Origin: Tubulanus polymorphus
Lineage: Eukaryota > Animalia > Nemertea
DNA: 64,000 nucleotides
Direction: 5' to 3'
NCBI RefSeq assembly: GCF_964204645.1
Contig: NC_134033.1
Coordinates: 392,131-456,130, forward strand
A program made the position numbers and the translations under genes. Positions 63,100-64,000 of the stretch are shown piece after piece (the first letter of the stretch is position 1; each line of letters begins with the position of its first letter). The notes under the pieces were generated by a model. That model worked only from the letters and a program-made list of their open reading frames with translations. It ran no database searches and was not told the origin of the DNA.

Positions 63100-63415
63100 C
63101 CCTAGGGCTTTGCTAACCCTAACCCTAGCTGTCTCGTAACCCTAACCCTAACAGGGCGGACAATCAAGCCACCGCAACCCTAACCCTAGCCGGGACTCGA
63201 CCCTCAGACCTCCTGCATACCAGTCGAGCACGCTAACCACTAGACCATAGACCAGTAGTTGTTGGTATAGTTTGACAAGTTTGTGGGGCCAGTGCGGTGA
63301 CCAATTAGGTGGTGAAAAAGAAGCTCAACTTGTGCTTCGGAATGCCCAAACCATAGCCCAACTCATGCCAAACACCTCTAGAGTTAAATATCAGGGATGG
63401 GACAAGGCGTACCAG
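63100..63415 (-). mobile_element. tRNA-like-containing repeat, copy 3, with interspersed (TTAGGG)2 tails
   Basis: tRNA-like segment 63253-63183; taaccctaaccc blocks at ~63113, ~63137, ~63176. Confidence 0.7.
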
Positions 63416-63437
63416 TGCGGGGCCTACAGAATAGCAT

Positions 63438-63603
63438 CACGTTACGATACAACCTCACGTTACGATACAACCTCACGTTACGATACAACCTCACGTTACG
63501 ATACAACCTCACGTTACGACACAACCTCACGTTACGATACAACCTCACGTTACGACACAACCTCACGTTACGACACAACCTCACGTTACGACACAACCTC
63601 ACC
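63438..63603 (+). repeat. 18-bp tandem repeat x9
   Basis: Unit cacgttacgatacaacct. Confidence 0.95.
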
Positions 63604-64000
63604 CTTTTCGATACGATCTCTCATTCCATTAATATCAGGCTCATTATCAAGTGAAGGGTACTTTTTTATACAAATCTCATCGTAGAACGTTTGAACATTA
63701 CAGTCAGATTAAGCAGGGTACAAGATAAACCGGTCTAAGTGGTTTTTATCGGTTCATTAAAATTCCGATAGATGGCGATCGATGATTATGACGGTTTTGA
63801 GCATAGTACCAAAAGCGAAGTCGAGTTAAGTCAGTTCAGGGATATTCCAATAGATGGCGATCTAGTGTTTCTATAAGGATCATATGCGTGTAGGGACGTC
63901 CTAGGTTCGAGACCAATACCGTGTACCGCTAGAATTGTGCATCAACCCATTACTCTCAGGATATGATCGGTTATCAGGTTATCACTGCACCTCCCCGACA

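Overview
Eukaryotic (invertebrate bilaterian-like, CpG not obviously depleted) genomic DNA. The first ~40 kb is a gene-poor locus holding one Zic/odd-paired zinc-finger gene: two coding exons (5060-6257, 27334-27905) split by a 21-kb phase-1 intron in the ZF3-ZF4 linker. Downstream is a compact gene cluster. Two 7-exon DCXR (L-xylulose reductase-like SDR) paralogues sit tail-to-tail: the + copy is disabled by a nonsense codon and a GT>GA donor, the - copy is intact. Their 5' halves are near-identical and their 3' halves strongly diverged. Between them lie an intronless, highly divergent SLC18/VMAT-like MFS transporter and an intronless class A GPCR. Next comes a 3-exon secreted LamG-like/mucin/PAN protein. 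Its first intron holds a truncated Penelope-like retroelement (GIY-YIG tail, inverted pLTR piece, 15-bp TSD, minimal hammerhead ribozyme), and more minimal hammerheads lie in the Zic intron. Other notable structures: a 52-bp minisatellite in DCXR intron 1 that multiplies both the splice acceptor and a CTCF-type motif (convergent arrays), a dispersed repeat with an internal tRNA-like cassette plus TTAGGG repeats, MITE-derived minisatellites, and many simple repeats. All comparisons were made by eye; no database searches were run.
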